Part shown: positions 10,502 to 20,607 of the stretch, piece by piece
Position numbering within the stretch: the stretch's first letter is position 1
Layout: the number at the start of each line of letters is the position of its first letter
IMG/VR virus record: IMGVR_UViG_3300022670_001120
Span: 1-42,099 of that record
DNA: 42,099 nt
DNA from: a virus
Taxonomy: Duplodnaviria > Caudoviricetes
Reading direction: 5' to 3' (one strand)
Notes under the pieces: model-generated
Told to the model about the DNA's origin: nothing
Databases searched by the model: none
Seen by the model: the letters and a program-made list of their open reading frames with translations, nothing else
Position numbers and translations under genes: made by a program

Positions 10502-11544
10502 TAGTCAGACCCCCAAACTTTTAGAATTGTAGGAGTGTCTAACGTCCCTGCTTTGTTATTTGTTAAAGTAATTTGATTTATGGGAGATGCATTAAACCAT
10601 TTTATTGCACCTTCTCGTCTATCAGGTGTTGTACCTGCTCCAATAACTGTATCTTGATTAGTATGACCTACACCTAATCTTTCATCTGATGTACCATTTA
10701 TCATGAACATGTTTAATGAGCCTCCAGTCCCTGCTGGCATATCATCATTGAAAATATCAATATTTGTTAGATTTCCAGCTGCTGTATCTGCTGCTCCATT
10801 TGCACTTACCCTTCTTGCATAATTATTTCCAACATTTCCATTAAAGGTAATTCTTGCAGATGTTGTAGATCCAACTGCTTTAGCATAATATTGAATCCAT
10901 AGATATTTTTTTACTGCAAATATTCCAGTATCTAAAACATCTGCTGCACCACCCGATAAATCTACTGAGACTAATTGTTCCCAGAAATTATTAGTATGTA
11001 CATCTGTTGGGTCCCAACCTAATACAACTTGTTCAGAACCAGTTGCAAAAGTTCCTGCTTGGTCGTTTAGTGTTTCTATAATATCAATAGGATTTGTAGT
11101 GTTTACCCACTTACCTGCACTTTCACATCTTTCAGGAGAAGTTCCTGCTCCAGGTGCTCCTGCTTCTGTGAACCATGTTTGTATTAATTTTTCTCTATTT
11201 GATAAATTAGCAATATATGACACCATAAAAAAATTTACTGCACCATCTAACGAAGAATCAATACTTGCTCTATTGACTGATGTGCTATCTGCTGTACCAT
11301 TAACACTTTGTCTTCTTGCATAATTATTTGAAACGTCTATAGTAGAATTGCCAAATCTTTGTGCCAATCCTATAGAGCCAGAGTTTAAGCAATCTGATAA
11401 TATCATATAGTATCTTTTATCAGGTAAACTTCCTACATCGATTGTATCACTTGGAGAGCCCAGAGTTGTTCTTCCAAGTTCTACCCATCCGCCAACTGGA
11501 AGTCCTGTACCCACTTTGAATGGATTTACAACATTTAGTGACAC
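10501..11544 (-). CDS. Virion adhesin-like protein with a tandem duplicated domain
   Basis: NNYARR...NG.AD and GAGT.P.R.E...KW occur twice. Confidence 0.6.
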   Translation of the reverse strand: MSLNVVNPFKVGTGLPVGGWVELGRTTLGSPSDTIDVGSLPDKRYYMILSDCLNSGSIGLAQRFGNSTIDVSNNYARRQSVNGTADSTSVNRASIDSSLDGAVNFFMVSYIANLSNREKLIQTWFTEAGAPGAGTSPERCESAGKWVNTTNPIDIIETLNDQAGTFATGSEQVVLGWDPTDVHTNNFWEQLVSVDLSGGAADVLDTGIFAVKKYLWIQYYAKAVGSTTSARITFNGNVGNNYARRVSANGAADTAAGNLTNIDIFNDDMPAGTGGSLNMFMINGTSDERLGVGHTNQDTVIGAGTTPDRREGAIKWFNASPINQITLTNNKAGTLDTPTILKVWGSD

Positions 11545-11600
11545 GCACTATCTGAAAAAAAATAAATAAAGAGAACTAAACTGATTTATTTTTTTACAAA

Positions 11601-13439
11601 CTAAGACCCTAGAATACTGACCTTGAGGTTTGATCCAGGAGTATTACTACCAATAGTGGTTATTTCTACTTCGATTTCATCTGTAGTAGATAGACTATCA
11701 GTGAGTGGTCCAGAGGTTCCAGTTAGTGCTCCATCATTAATGGTGACTGTTCCAATTAGTACAGTATTTTTTGTTACATCAAAGATTAGTGCAGCACCAA
11801 GAGGTGCAACCTCTACATATGCAGTAATTTCTGTAAGTGATGTTATATCAGTAGGAACTCTCCAAACATCTGGTACTAATCCCACTGTAATATTATCCAG
11901 AGTATTTGTTGCTGCAAATTGTAGTGATTTTGTATTACTTTGTGCACCATCTATAATGGATATTTTGAGATTACTACCAGTAGCACCTGATCCTATCTGA
12001 GTGATGTCTGCGGTTATTTCATCAGTTGTTAGTATACTTCCAGAAACAAATGTACTGGTACTTCCAGTTAGGGTTCCTGCTGGAATGGTTAGTGTTGCTT
12101 CAGTTACCCCTCCCTTTTTGATATCTATAATGATGGCAGCACCAGTTGAGACCTCCTCTACATATCCAGTGATAAATGCTAGAGATGCAAAATCAATTGG
12201 CAATCTCCATAAATTAGCAACTAGACCAGTTTCAAGAGCTGTTGGTAATACAGAAAACTGATAAGATGGCTGAAACGTTCCAGCTCCTCCTGATTCCTGA
12301 AATGTGGGTGCCGATCCTGTTCCATTAGATGTTAAGACATCACCACTAGTCCCAACAGATACTACAGCTGGTGCACCTAAATTATCCCAGGTGATTAGTT
12401 CACCAGCAGTTGCATCTGCCAAATCTGCTACTTCTACATTAGCTAAAGAGTTACCTGTACCATTTGCATCAAAGACAAAGTTTGTTATTCCTCTAGCATT
12501 AAAGCTAAGAGCAGCTGTTACATCAGTTATGGTAATTGCTGCAAGTGCATTAGTCTCATCATTAATTATTCCAACTGCTATTACACTTACATTATCAATT
12601 AGATTAGTTCCCATGTCAAGTGTTTGAGATTGTATTCCAAGTCCAGTAATTCCTGAATAAACTCCTGCAAGTGTACCTCCTGCTGCTGTACTCAAATGAT
12701 CATGTGTTGCGTTTGTAAAGTCTGTAATTATTGGTAAATCCAAAGTTTTAGAAGCTAGAGTCTGTGGAAACTTTTCAGTTGCTAGAGTGTCTGCTTGTGT
12801 AATGTTTGGAATAAGTAATGTCTGAATTGTTGATTGAAATGATTGAAGTGTAAGTGTGATAGCTGTAGTCATTCCAAGAAGGTCTAATGCCAATAATTTT
12901 GTTGGGTCTGTTCCATCTGCAAATATTGCTGCCTCTAATGCAAAGCCATTTGCGTCATGGTTTGCACTCCAGGTGAATACTTCTGTAACATTATCTATCC
13001 ATTCTATTCCTTCTGTTTGTGCTGAATTTGCAGAAAGTATCTGTCCATCAGTACCAACTGGAAATCTAACATCTAATGTGCTAAAAGTAAGAAGGTCTCC
13101 CTTTGTTGTTAATGGAGATAACCCAGTAGATGATATTGTTACATCATCTGCATTGTCAGTTACTGTAATGTTTGTTCCACCGATTAGTGTTTTAAAATTT
13201 AATGTAACTCCTATTTTATCTCGAAATATTGTTCCAGTACCTGCACCAACATTTGCTCCTGTATTGTCCTCACCACTACCTGAGACAAACTCTTGCCATG
13301 TACTCCCATCAAATACAAATTTTTGGATGGTATCTGTTGCATCAAATATTGCTCCAGTAAGTGTGGTATCAATAGGTAATGATGCGACATCAGTAGCTAT
13401 CCCAATAAACCTTAATGCACCTAGTCTGGTTATTGCCAT
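11601..13439 (-). CDS. Fibre-like virion protein
   Basis: LTTKGDLLT/GTDGQILSA and GTSGDVLTSNG fibre repeats; duplicated C-terminal domain ending GSNLKxSI. Confidence 0.7.
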   Translation of the reverse strand: MAITRLGALRFIGIATDVASLPIDTTLTGAIFDATDTIQKFVFDGSTWQEFVSGSGEDNTGANVGAGTGTIFRDKIGVTLNFKTLIGGTNITVTDNADDVTISSTGLSPLTTKGDLLTFSTLDVRFPVGTDGQILSANSAQTEGIEWIDNVTEVFTWSANHDANGFALEAAIFADGTDPTKLLALDLLGMTTAITLTLQSFQSTIQTLLIPNITQADTLATEKFPQTLASKTLDLPIITDFTNATHDHLSTAAGGTLAGVYSGITGLGIQSQTLDMGTNLIDNVSVIAVGIINDETNALAAITITDVTAALSFNARGITNFVFDANGTGNSLANVEVADLADATAGELITWDNLGAPAVVSVGTSGDVLTSNGTGSAPTFQESGGAGTFQPSYQFSVLPTALETGLVANLWRLPIDFASLAFITGYVEEVSTGAAIIIDIKKGGVTEATLTIPAGTLTGSTSTFVSGSILTTDEITADITQIGSGATGSNLKISIIDGAQSNTKSLQFAATNTLDNITVGLVPDVWRVPTDITSLTEITAYVEVAPLGAALIFDVTKNTVLIGTVTINDGALTGTSGPLTDSLSTTDEIEVEITTIGSNTPGSNLKVSILGS

Positions 13440-15874
13440 TATACCACTCTTATCTCCTGGATTATGCCTGCTTGCTCTAGTTTGACAAATAATCCCTGGT
13501 TATTCACATCTATTCTTTTGACATAAAATCGCATGTCAGTTACAGCAGGATCACCAGGAATTGTCTGCTCTGTATAATCTTGGAATCCAGTCCAGATGTT
13601 ATCTCCAGTAAGGATACCTGCGGGGTTGTCAACGTTTAGCCATTGACCTGCTCCATCGTTTTGTAATATTTGATCTAACAGTGGTGATACTATAGTAACA
13701 TCAGTTAATTCATTTAGATTGGTTGCACCTCCTCCTCCACTAGTACCACCAGAAGATGCAGCTCCTGGAATTTGTCCCCTCAAATCTTTAATTGCTAAAA
13801 CCTCAAAGGTTCCACCACCACCAGTAATTTTTATGACAACTTCTGCAATGAGTAATGCAGTTCCTCTAACTGATAGTGGAACATTTTTCACTGCAAAACC
13901 TGAAACATCAGCAATCGAATCTGCATCAGCACCCCCGCCATTATACACATCAGTTGGTACATTAACTCCATAGTTTGTTTGGTTTGGTTCTGTATCAATG
14001 TGAACTGTAAATAATACGACATTGATGTTGTCATTATTACTAATTACAGTAGTACCATTAGCACAAGTTAATCCAACTAGGTCTGTCCCAATGTTTGTAA
14101 CTTGTAAAAGTTGACCAGGTGATATTGTTCCTTCGTTTGATATATTTGCAAGAGAACCAGCAATTGTAATATCATATGCTTCAATTTCTTCCTGGTGTAA
14201 TTCAAATGCTCTACCAGCTGTAGTGCTAAATGTAACATCAGCTGCTGTACCACCACCAACAGTTGGTGCAACTGTAATATCAATTCCTGAAAGATAAGCC
14301 GAATCAAGCTCAGATAATCTGTCATCAATGTGAGATAAGTGTCCACGTAAGTCATTATCAAATATTTCATAGTCTGGCAATAAATCAGCAAAAGGACCAT
14401 TAGCTAGTACAGATGCCTGTGATTGAAGTAACACTCTTCCAACTACTGCAAAGTCTCCACTAGTTGGAAATCCCATAGTACTGCTCTGCATCGTAGGAAC
14501 ACCTACAACTAGAGCAATCGTAATGAAATGCAGAGTTGGTGTTAGATCAGTTCCTACAGTAAGATCAATTGTATTACTAACACCAGGTGATGTATCAGGG
14601 GATTCAATTGTGAATAGTTGTCCATCAAGTACTAATTCATATGAATTGGCACGATTTGCTTCATTGAATTGTTGTAGTCTAATACCTATTCCACCGTCAG
14701 TGATTAATTCTACTCCAGTCTCATCAGTAAACATTCCATTAGAAAAATTCCTCAATGCAAAGACAGTCTCAGATGTTACTACAGGTTTTTTCTCTATAGT
14801 ACCACCCCTGTCAATTAATACTTGTAATAATGGATCTGTACTGTTAAAGTCAGAACCATCAGCCATGTACATTAAGGTATGATTCACATCAGGGTCAGTC
14901 GGCGTTATTACTTGTTCTTCAAATTCTATAAACCTTGAATCTAATATTTGCCCACCTGCCATGTCAAGATTCTTGTCAGGTGCTAGTTGTAGTCCTTCTT
15001 GGAATACATTATTCACTGTAAAGGTGTTCATCTCATCTTCATATGCAATTTCAGATGGGAGCTGTGATTTTGTAATTAGTTGGTTGACGAATTGGCCTGA
15101 ACCATTATTTACTAATATTTGATTTACCATTACAGATGTAATTGTAACGTCTGACAATCCATCAAGACTCGTTGGTAAGGTTGCTATTTGGTCATCTACG
15201 TATTTTTTAGTTGATGCATCTGTATCTACTGTTGGTGCTCCAAGATTGTTAATCTGTTGTAAGTTCATTAATAATGGAACTGTAATGTCAAAGTCTGAAA
15301 CATTAACTGTGGTCTTTAATATTCCATCAATTACTGATTCAATTCTTCCAATCCCTGCATCAATTACTGTAACTGAACTATTACCTTGAGTGATTGCATT
15401 TCCAGCTGGAACTACTAGTGATTTATTCTCCCATTGACCAGATGTGGAATTAAATTGTAAAAACTGTAAATCAAGAGGTGTAACTATTGTAACATCAGAT
15501 AAATCATCTAATTCTTTGGCAAAGCCCTGGGTATCCACATAGTTTCTAGTAGCTGCATCTTGTGCTAGAATAGGGTCTAGCAAATCATTAATTCCAAATC
15601 CTGCTAAATCTACATCCTGAGTGGCAGGAAATGTACTCCATAAAGCTGCACCATTAGTATCTACATAATTCTTAGTAGCCAGGTCTTGCGCTGAAACTGG
15701 GTCCAGTGCATTTTTCATCAGTGTAGCAGCCCAATCTATTTGAGCACCTCTAACTGACATCTCTCTTTGAGTGATTATGTTTAGTTGATCAGCAGAAATA
15801 TCAAAAGCATTATTTTGTGACTGTGCAGTAGTCCACGCAATAGGCATCTCCAAGCCAGTGATACTCAGTGACAT
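13439..15874 (-). CDS. Fibre-like virion protein
   Basis: Three D(A/L)(A/S)T(K/R)xYVD and three L(D/N)xL(S/T)DV repeats. Confidence 0.7.
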   Translation of the reverse strand: MSLSITGLEMPIAWTTAQSQNNAFDISADQLNIITQREMSVRGAQIDWAATLMKNALDPVSAQDLATKNYVDTNGAALWSTFPATQDVDLAGFGINDLLDPILAQDAATRNYVDTQGFAKELDDLSDVTIVTPLDLQFLQFNSTSGQWENKSLVVPAGNAITQGNSSVTVIDAGIGRIESVIDGILKTTVNVSDFDITVPLLMNLQQINNLGAPTVDTDASTKKYVDDQIATLPTSLDGLSDVTITSVMVNQILVNNGSGQFVNQLITKSQLPSEIAYEDEMNTFTVNNVFQEGLQLAPDKNLDMAGGQILDSRFIEFEEQVITPTDPDVNHTLMYMADGSDFNSTDPLLQVLIDRGGTIEKKPVVTSETVFALRNFSNGMFTDETGVELITDGGIGIRLQQFNEANRANSYELVLDGQLFTIESPDTSPGVSNTIDLTVGTDLTPTLHFITIALVVGVPTMQSSTMGFPTSGDFAVVGRVLLQSQASVLANGPFADLLPDYEIFDNDLRGHLSHIDDRLSELDSAYLSGIDITVAPTVGGGTAADVTFSTTAGRAFELHQEEIEAYDITIAGSLANISNEGTISPGQLLQVTNIGTDLVGLTCANGTTVISNNDNINVVLFTVHIDTEPNQTNYGVNVPTDVYNGGGADADSIADVSGFAVKNVPLSVRGTALLIAEVVIKITGGGGTFEVLAIKDLRGQIPGAASSGGTSGGGGATNLNELTDVTIVSPLLDQILQNDGAGQWLNVDNPAGILTGDNIWTGFQDYTEQTIPGDPAVTDMRFYVKRIDVNNQGLFVKLEQAGIIQEIRVV

Positions 15875-15906
15875 TGAACTATATCTAACTAAAATGATAA
15901 AGAGAA

Positions 15907-16131
15907 CTAATCAATACTCTTTTTTTTCTTTGATTTCTTTTTCTTTTGTTTTGTAATTTTTGTTGGAACAGTTTCACTTTGTGTTTCAATTGTTTTTGTG
16001 CCAGTACTAAATTTGGGAATACCTATCTTTGCACCACATCCTGTTTCATGCTTTAAAGAAAACTTTGCTACAAAGTTTGTTTCATACCCAGTTCCGGTTG
16101 CACCGCATCGGGTACATAGAATGTCTACCAT
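15907..16131 (-). CDS. Small Zn-binding basic protein (start revised to 16131)
   Basis: CTRC...HETGC, Lys-rich tail; ATG at 16131 is 26 nt below the upstream motif. Confidence 0.55.
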   Translation of the reverse strand: MVDILCTRCGATGTGYETNFVAKFSLKHETGCGAKIGIPKFSTGTKTIETQSETVPTKITKQKKKKSKKKKSID

Positions 16132-16188
16132 AATGTGGTGGTGGTACAACCATTATAGAGAACTAAAAAGAAAAAGATTAGTCTATTC

Positions 16189-17391
16189 CTAGACGTTAAA
16201 GTCAGTAATTATGAAAGCTCCTACATCTGCATGTGCTGGCTCTGGATCAAATCTAACAAGTAGATCAGATTCATAAAGTCCACCGACACTAAGATCAAAG
16301 TTTTCAATTGTCAAGTCTTCTCTGAGTCCAACGACTTCAGCAATGTCTCTCTTTGTAATGAGGACTGTACCTGCTGCAATCTGTGGTGTTTCCCAAACAT
16401 TTCTCAATCCTAGGGCTGCTGCAAGTCCTGAGTTATTTACAACATCAGTATTGTCAGTTGGTCCTACGATAAATCTTGATAGGAATGGCCACTCACCGTT
16501 TGTTCCTGCTGTCTTTACAGAAAGTGCGGCATCTGCTGGATTCATGAACATTGTATCAGCTCTGTTTCTTTGCGTTCCTGGGAAGCGTGATCTAATAACT
16601 TCGATTAATGCTTCAAACTCTGAATGAACTGGACTAGCCAGATCAAGATCAGCCTTTGTAGCTGTTGGAACACCAGCAGCTCCGACAAGAGTTCTGATAA
16701 TCTTCTCACCTATCATAAAGTAGAATTCATTGCCCGCGTTCTTGAGGGACTGTTCTACTGCTAGGAAGTTGTTATCTTTAACATCATTTCGGTTGACACC
16801 CAAGGTACCACGGTATGAATTGTTGGTACCTGAGCAGTCAAGTTCTACGGTCTCTACCTTACCTCCAATTGGTGGTGGAGTTCCGCCTGCTTCTTTGTAG
16901 ATTTCTATACCTTTCTGGTCTCCGACTGAACCTCCAACATTGTCAGTGTATTTTGTAATTGGAACATTGACTTTTGGTGTGTCCATGTCGATGAGTCTTG
17001 CGTACTGTTTCCAGTCACTCCAAGGCTCAGCACCTTCAAGGATTTCGTCTGCAATTTTCAAAGCCGACAAACTGTTCGGAATGGAAACTGTCTCATGCAA
17101 TGCCTTACCACCTATGTAGGGGTTTGTTGTTGCTTGATCACCAATTCTTATGCCATATCTGGAGAACCAAATACTTGGTAAGTATGGATTAAGTTTCTCA
17201 TTCTCAAAAGACTTTGGATCAGCGCGGTCAAAGAATACACTGAGTGGTGTCTCTCTGATAGGGCGCATTATATCAAATGGTTTTCCTTGGACACTAGCAG
17301 ATTCTGCACCTAATGTTAGAGCTTCACGAATGTGAGCCATTTCATTAGTTTCAAGAATTGCTTGGCGTGACCATTTAGTTTTATTAGCCAT
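16189..17391 (-). CDS. Major capsid protein, HK97-like
   Basis: 400 aa after scaffold/decoration genes; MFMNPAD and C-terminal REDLTIE...LLVRFD patterns. Confidence 0.85.
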   Translation of the reverse strand: MANKTKWSRQAILETNEMAHIREALTLGAESASVQGKPFDIMRPIRETPLSVFFDRADPKSFENEKLNPYLPSIWFSRYGIRIGDQATTNPYIGGKALHETVSIPNSLSALKIADEILEGAEPWSDWKQYARLIDMDTPKVNVPITKYTDNVGGSVGDQKGIEIYKEAGGTPPPIGGKVETVELDCSGTNNSYRGTLGVNRNDVKDNNFLAVEQSLKNAGNEFYFMIGEKIIRTLVGAAGVPTATKADLDLASPVHSEFEALIEVIRSRFPGTQRNRADTMFMNPADAALSVKTAGTNGEWPFLSRFIVGPTDNTDVVNNSGLAAALGLRNVWETPQIAAGTVLITKRDIAEVVGLREDLTIENFDLSVGGLYESDLLVRFDPEPAHADVGAFIITDFNV

Positions 17392-17393
17392 TT

Positions 17394-17864
17394 CTATAAA
17401 ATTCCCTGACGCTGAATGTCAACTGCCGCCATATCACCAGCGGATGCTGGTTGCAATGCGATTGCGATAACTTCGTCTGATGCTGCTGCTACTTCTAGCC
17501 CACCAGCTGCTGATGCAGTAAGTGGATCACCTAGAACGATAGTACCGTCAATCTTTGCTTTACACCGACCCTGAGTTACAACAACAACTCCTTGTCCAGC
17601 AGCGTTTGCTGCTCGAGTTGTATTATCTGTACTATCAGAACCGTCTCCGTAAATTCCGTCTACATCACCACCTACGACTACGCCGTAAGAGGCCTCACCT
17701 TGAGAGTCAACAACGTCAACTCTTGGTAAAAGTTCTGTGGATGGAGGAGCAACTAGGGCAACTGCTGCGCCCATGTCGATTGATTCATTGGCAATTGAAT
17801 TAATTACCGAACTTGCTTCGTGATCAATTGGACCACGATGTAATCCGACAAATAAGTCTGTCAT
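17394..17864 (-). CDS. Capsid decoration/cement protein (DUF2190-like)
   Basis: AAGQGVVVVTQG...GDPLTASAAG...IAIALQPA.AGD pattern; adjacent to the capsid gene. Confidence 0.7.
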   Translation of the reverse strand: MTDLFVGLHRGPIDHEASSVINSIANESIDMGAAVALVAPPSTELLPRVDVVDSQGEASYGVVVGGDVDGIYGDGSDSTDNTTRAANAAGQGVVVVTQGRCKAKIDGTIVLGDPLTASAAGGLEVAAASDEVIAIALQPASAGDMAAVDIQRQGIL

Positions 17865-17936
17865 TAATAATGGGATTAATTATATAATTAAGAGAACTAA
17901 TTACTCACACATTTTGTAAAATAAAAATAAAATCCC

Positions 17937-18806
17937 TTATTGGTAAGGGGTGGATTGTCCACGCAAAGTTTTGTCCATGTTTGCAATATCACTTCGAGCT
18001 TGCTCTAGTGTTGCACGATTTGGATTTCCATCACCTACTATAGTTGGACCTCCAATACTTGGAAGAGTTTCTGTGATTTTATGAGGTGTTGCCATTGCGT
18101 TTCTTTTAACACTATCAATGTCAAGTTTCATAGATCCAGTCTTTGCTTCGGATTCTCTAATTTGTCTAGATAATACTTGGATTGCTTCTGTTTGATGTAC
18201 AATTTTATTTCTGAGAGGTAATACTACGGTTCTGTGGTATTTCTCCAAAGTATATTGCATCTGCTTCATCATTTGAGGAGTACTCATTGGTGGAAGTTGT
18301 GGCATCCCTTGGCCCATCTCATTTGCAATTGATGGTTCAAGTCCTGGCATCATTCCTGGCATCATTCCTGGCATTCCTCCGTTTTGTGGTGGGAATCCTT
18401 CCTTCATCTGGTCTTCTGTTCCAGACATTTTCTCCATGTCTTTCTCTCCATTGTCGGAATCTTTTGCTACTTGTGGATATGGTTCTGTGTTATCTGATGA
18501 TTGATCAGAACCATCTGTGCCATCTTTGTCTCCACCAGCTAGTAATTCTTCTTTAACGAATTTGTCTCCTTTGGTTTTTAGACCAGGAGATTCTGCTGGG
18601 GTTGGTTCCTCATCTGCATCTAGTTCTTGGATAGCAGAATTGATAAAGCCTTGACCGTATTGTCGCTGTTGAGCATCTGGATGATTCTTCAACATAACGC
18701 CAGTCTCTACAAGTTTCCTGATTCCAGGTCCTGCTTTGACTGAACTGAGAATACTATCAGCTTCGGCAATAGAAGTACATTCTCTAAGTTTTGAGATGTT
18801 ACTCAT
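17937..18806 (-). CDS. Putative scaffolding protein
   Basis: Acidic low-complexity plus coiled coil; between protease-like and capsid genes; GMMP repeat. Confidence 0.55.
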   Translation of the reverse strand: MSNISKLRECTSIAEADSILSSVKAGPGIRKLVETGVMLKNHPDAQQRQYGQGFINSAIQELDADEEPTPAESPGLKTKGDKFVKEELLAGGDKDGTDGSDQSSDNTEPYPQVAKDSDNGEKDMEKMSGTEDQMKEGFPPQNGGMPGMMPGMMPGLEPSIANEMGQGMPQLPPMSTPQMMKQMQYTLEKYHRTVVLPLRNKIVHQTEAIQVLSRQIRESEAKTGSMKLDIDSVKRNAMATPHKITETLPSIGGPTIVGDGNPNRATLEQARSDIANMDKTLRGQSTPYQ

Positions 18807-18938
18807 GATCTGTTAAATATCAGAGTGATAATGAGAACTAAATTAATGGAAACTTTCTTTATGTGTCCTATTCTACACACATAAAATGAATTTATTGAAT
18901 AGGGATAATCTTTTATGCTTCACACACTCATATCTTGC

Positions 18939-19103
18939 ATGGCCAAAGAGTTTCGTTCCATTCGAATTTCAGATAAACTAATCGTAAGACTAGAGAGATA
19001 TCTTGCATCAAGAGAGGCAAATGATTTGGGTATTGAAACTCTAAAGGATGCACTAGAGCATCAAGTAAGAAAAGGACTGGTATCAAAAACCTATAGTGAT
19101 TGA
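18939..19103 (+). CDS. Ribbon-helix-helix DNA-binding protein
   Basis: FRSIRISDKLIVRLERYL pattern; TTTTAT about 25 nt upstream of ATG 18939. Confidence 0.6.
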   Translation: MAKEFRSIRISDKLIVRLERYLASREANDLGIETLKDALEHQVRKGLVSKTYSD

Positions 19104-20269
19104 ATTACTGTAGTTTTAATTCCAGGTGTTGCTGGTTGTATCATATTACCTCTCCACATGAATGGCTTACTTGCAACCCATGTGAATCCAATATCATCTA
19201 ACTCAGCTAGTATTACACCAACTGGGACAGTACATAACTCACATGCATCACCAATACAATCATGTACACATGGCTCTACTACTTCTCGTCTGGGAGCACC
19301 ACCATTAATTGAGACAGCATCAATGTCTCCTCTACTAATGGCTGCATTAATTTCAGGATCTGATTCTATAACTAAATATTGCATCTCCTCCATATTTGGG
19401 TCCCACTCTCCATCAACTATTACACCACCAGTTTGGAACTCTGGCCCCATGTGATTGATGTCTGTTCCCTTACTAATTGCAGTTCTCACCATCTTTTGCA
19501 GTTCTGTTGCTGCAAGTTTTCTTAGATATGGCTCACCTTCTGAGCGATGATCAGTAATTGTTTCTTCTGCTGCCTTTACCAGATATAGTTTAGCACCATT
19601 TTTCTCTGCTGATTCTTTAGCTGCTAAAATATAATCCGGTTCAAGCCATGTTGCATTTACTTTACCTAATGTTTCTCTTATCTTCCGCTTTGCTTCCTGA
19701 GTAAAACCACTTGGAAAGATAGCAATAGGAGGCACGTTAATTGGCACAGATTGGCTTTGCTCAACATCATATCTCCAGGGAGGAACTGACATATCAAAAT
19801 TATATCCTGTCACACCTACAGTGGGCGTTTCACTACCTGTATCAGATGCAAGACCAACCCAGTTCTCAGAGGGTTCGGCTGGAAAGTTTGTGATATTGTA
19901 GGTGTGACCAAGATTGGAACCATTGTGATCATACACTGGCGTGTTAGTTCTAACTGAACCTAAAGGGTCAGGTGTTGGTAATGAGAGATAACCATGTGGT
20001 CCTACACTTGGAATGAAAGCAGTTGATGCTTCAGGATTATCAACGAATACTGGAGGAAAGCCAGTGTCAGGAACTTTTAATCTAGGTTGATTCCCTGCCA
20101 GATCAATTCCAGTTACTGGTCCAGGAAAGTCAGCAGCTTCAATTGGAGGATTTTCCATCTGTGATTGGATGGCCCTCATTATCTCTTCTTCTGGTATTCC
20201 TTGAGCTCGCAATAATTTTGCAAGCTGTGTAAAATATTCTAAGCTTTGGGCCTGCTCTTGTTCTTGCAA
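19091..20269 (-). CDS. Putative prohead maturation protease
   Basis: Between portal and scaffold; DINH and AVSING could supply catalytic His/Ser. Confidence 0.55.
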   Translation of the reverse strand: MQEQEQAQSLEYFTQLAKLLRAQGIPEEEIMRAIQSQMENPPIEAADFPGPVTGIDLAGNQPRLKVPDTGFPPVFVDNPEASTAFIPSVGPHGYLSLPTPDPLGSVRTNTPVYDHNGSNLGHTYNITNFPAEPSENWVGLASDTGSETPTVGVTGYNFDMSVPPWRYDVEQSQSVPINVPPIAIFPSGFTQEAKRKIRETLGKVNATWLEPDYILAAKESAEKNGAKLYLVKAAEETITDHRSEGEPYLRKLAATELQKMVRTAISKGTDINHMGPEFQTGGVIVDGEWDPNMEEMQYLVIESDPEINAAISRGDIDAVSINGGAPRREVVEPCVHDCIGDACELCTVPVGVILAELDDIGFTWVASKPFMWRGNMIQPATPGIKTTVIQSL

Positions 20270-20607
20270 TTACATTCTCCGAGTTGTGTTTCTAGAATTT
20301 GCTTTAGTACATGACTTGACATCTCTTCCATTTTGTGTTTACCTTCTTTTGAGTTATCAACTAATACCTCACCAACTTTTCTTTTACCGCCAATCGATAT
20401 AGAACTAGCACTAGATGGTATGGATACAGTTTCTGGAACTTCCCTACCAAATGGAATATCAAGAGGAGAGTGTGTTTCACCAACTCCTGCAATTGCTAAT
20501 GCATTTACTACTTCTTCTTTTAGTGAATCAGTACATATGGCCCAAGCAGAGTCCTCTCCTTTTTCTCCCTTTACTTTATTGACACATCTATCTAGTTTTT
20601 CAGGCAT
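20239..20607 (-). CDS. Small head-module protein
   Basis: MPEKLDRCV...SAWAICT start; coupled to portal. Confidence 0.5.
   Translation of the reverse strand: MPEKLDRCVNKVKGEKGEDSAWAICTDSLKEEVVNALAIAGVGETHSPLDIPFGREVPETVSIPSSASSISIGGKRKVGEVLVDNSKEGKHKMEEMSSHVLKQILETQLGECNCKNKSRPKA

Noticed and set aside
18342-18374. 12-bp tandem repeat tcctggcatcat
   Set aside because: Encodes a low-complexity GMMP linker
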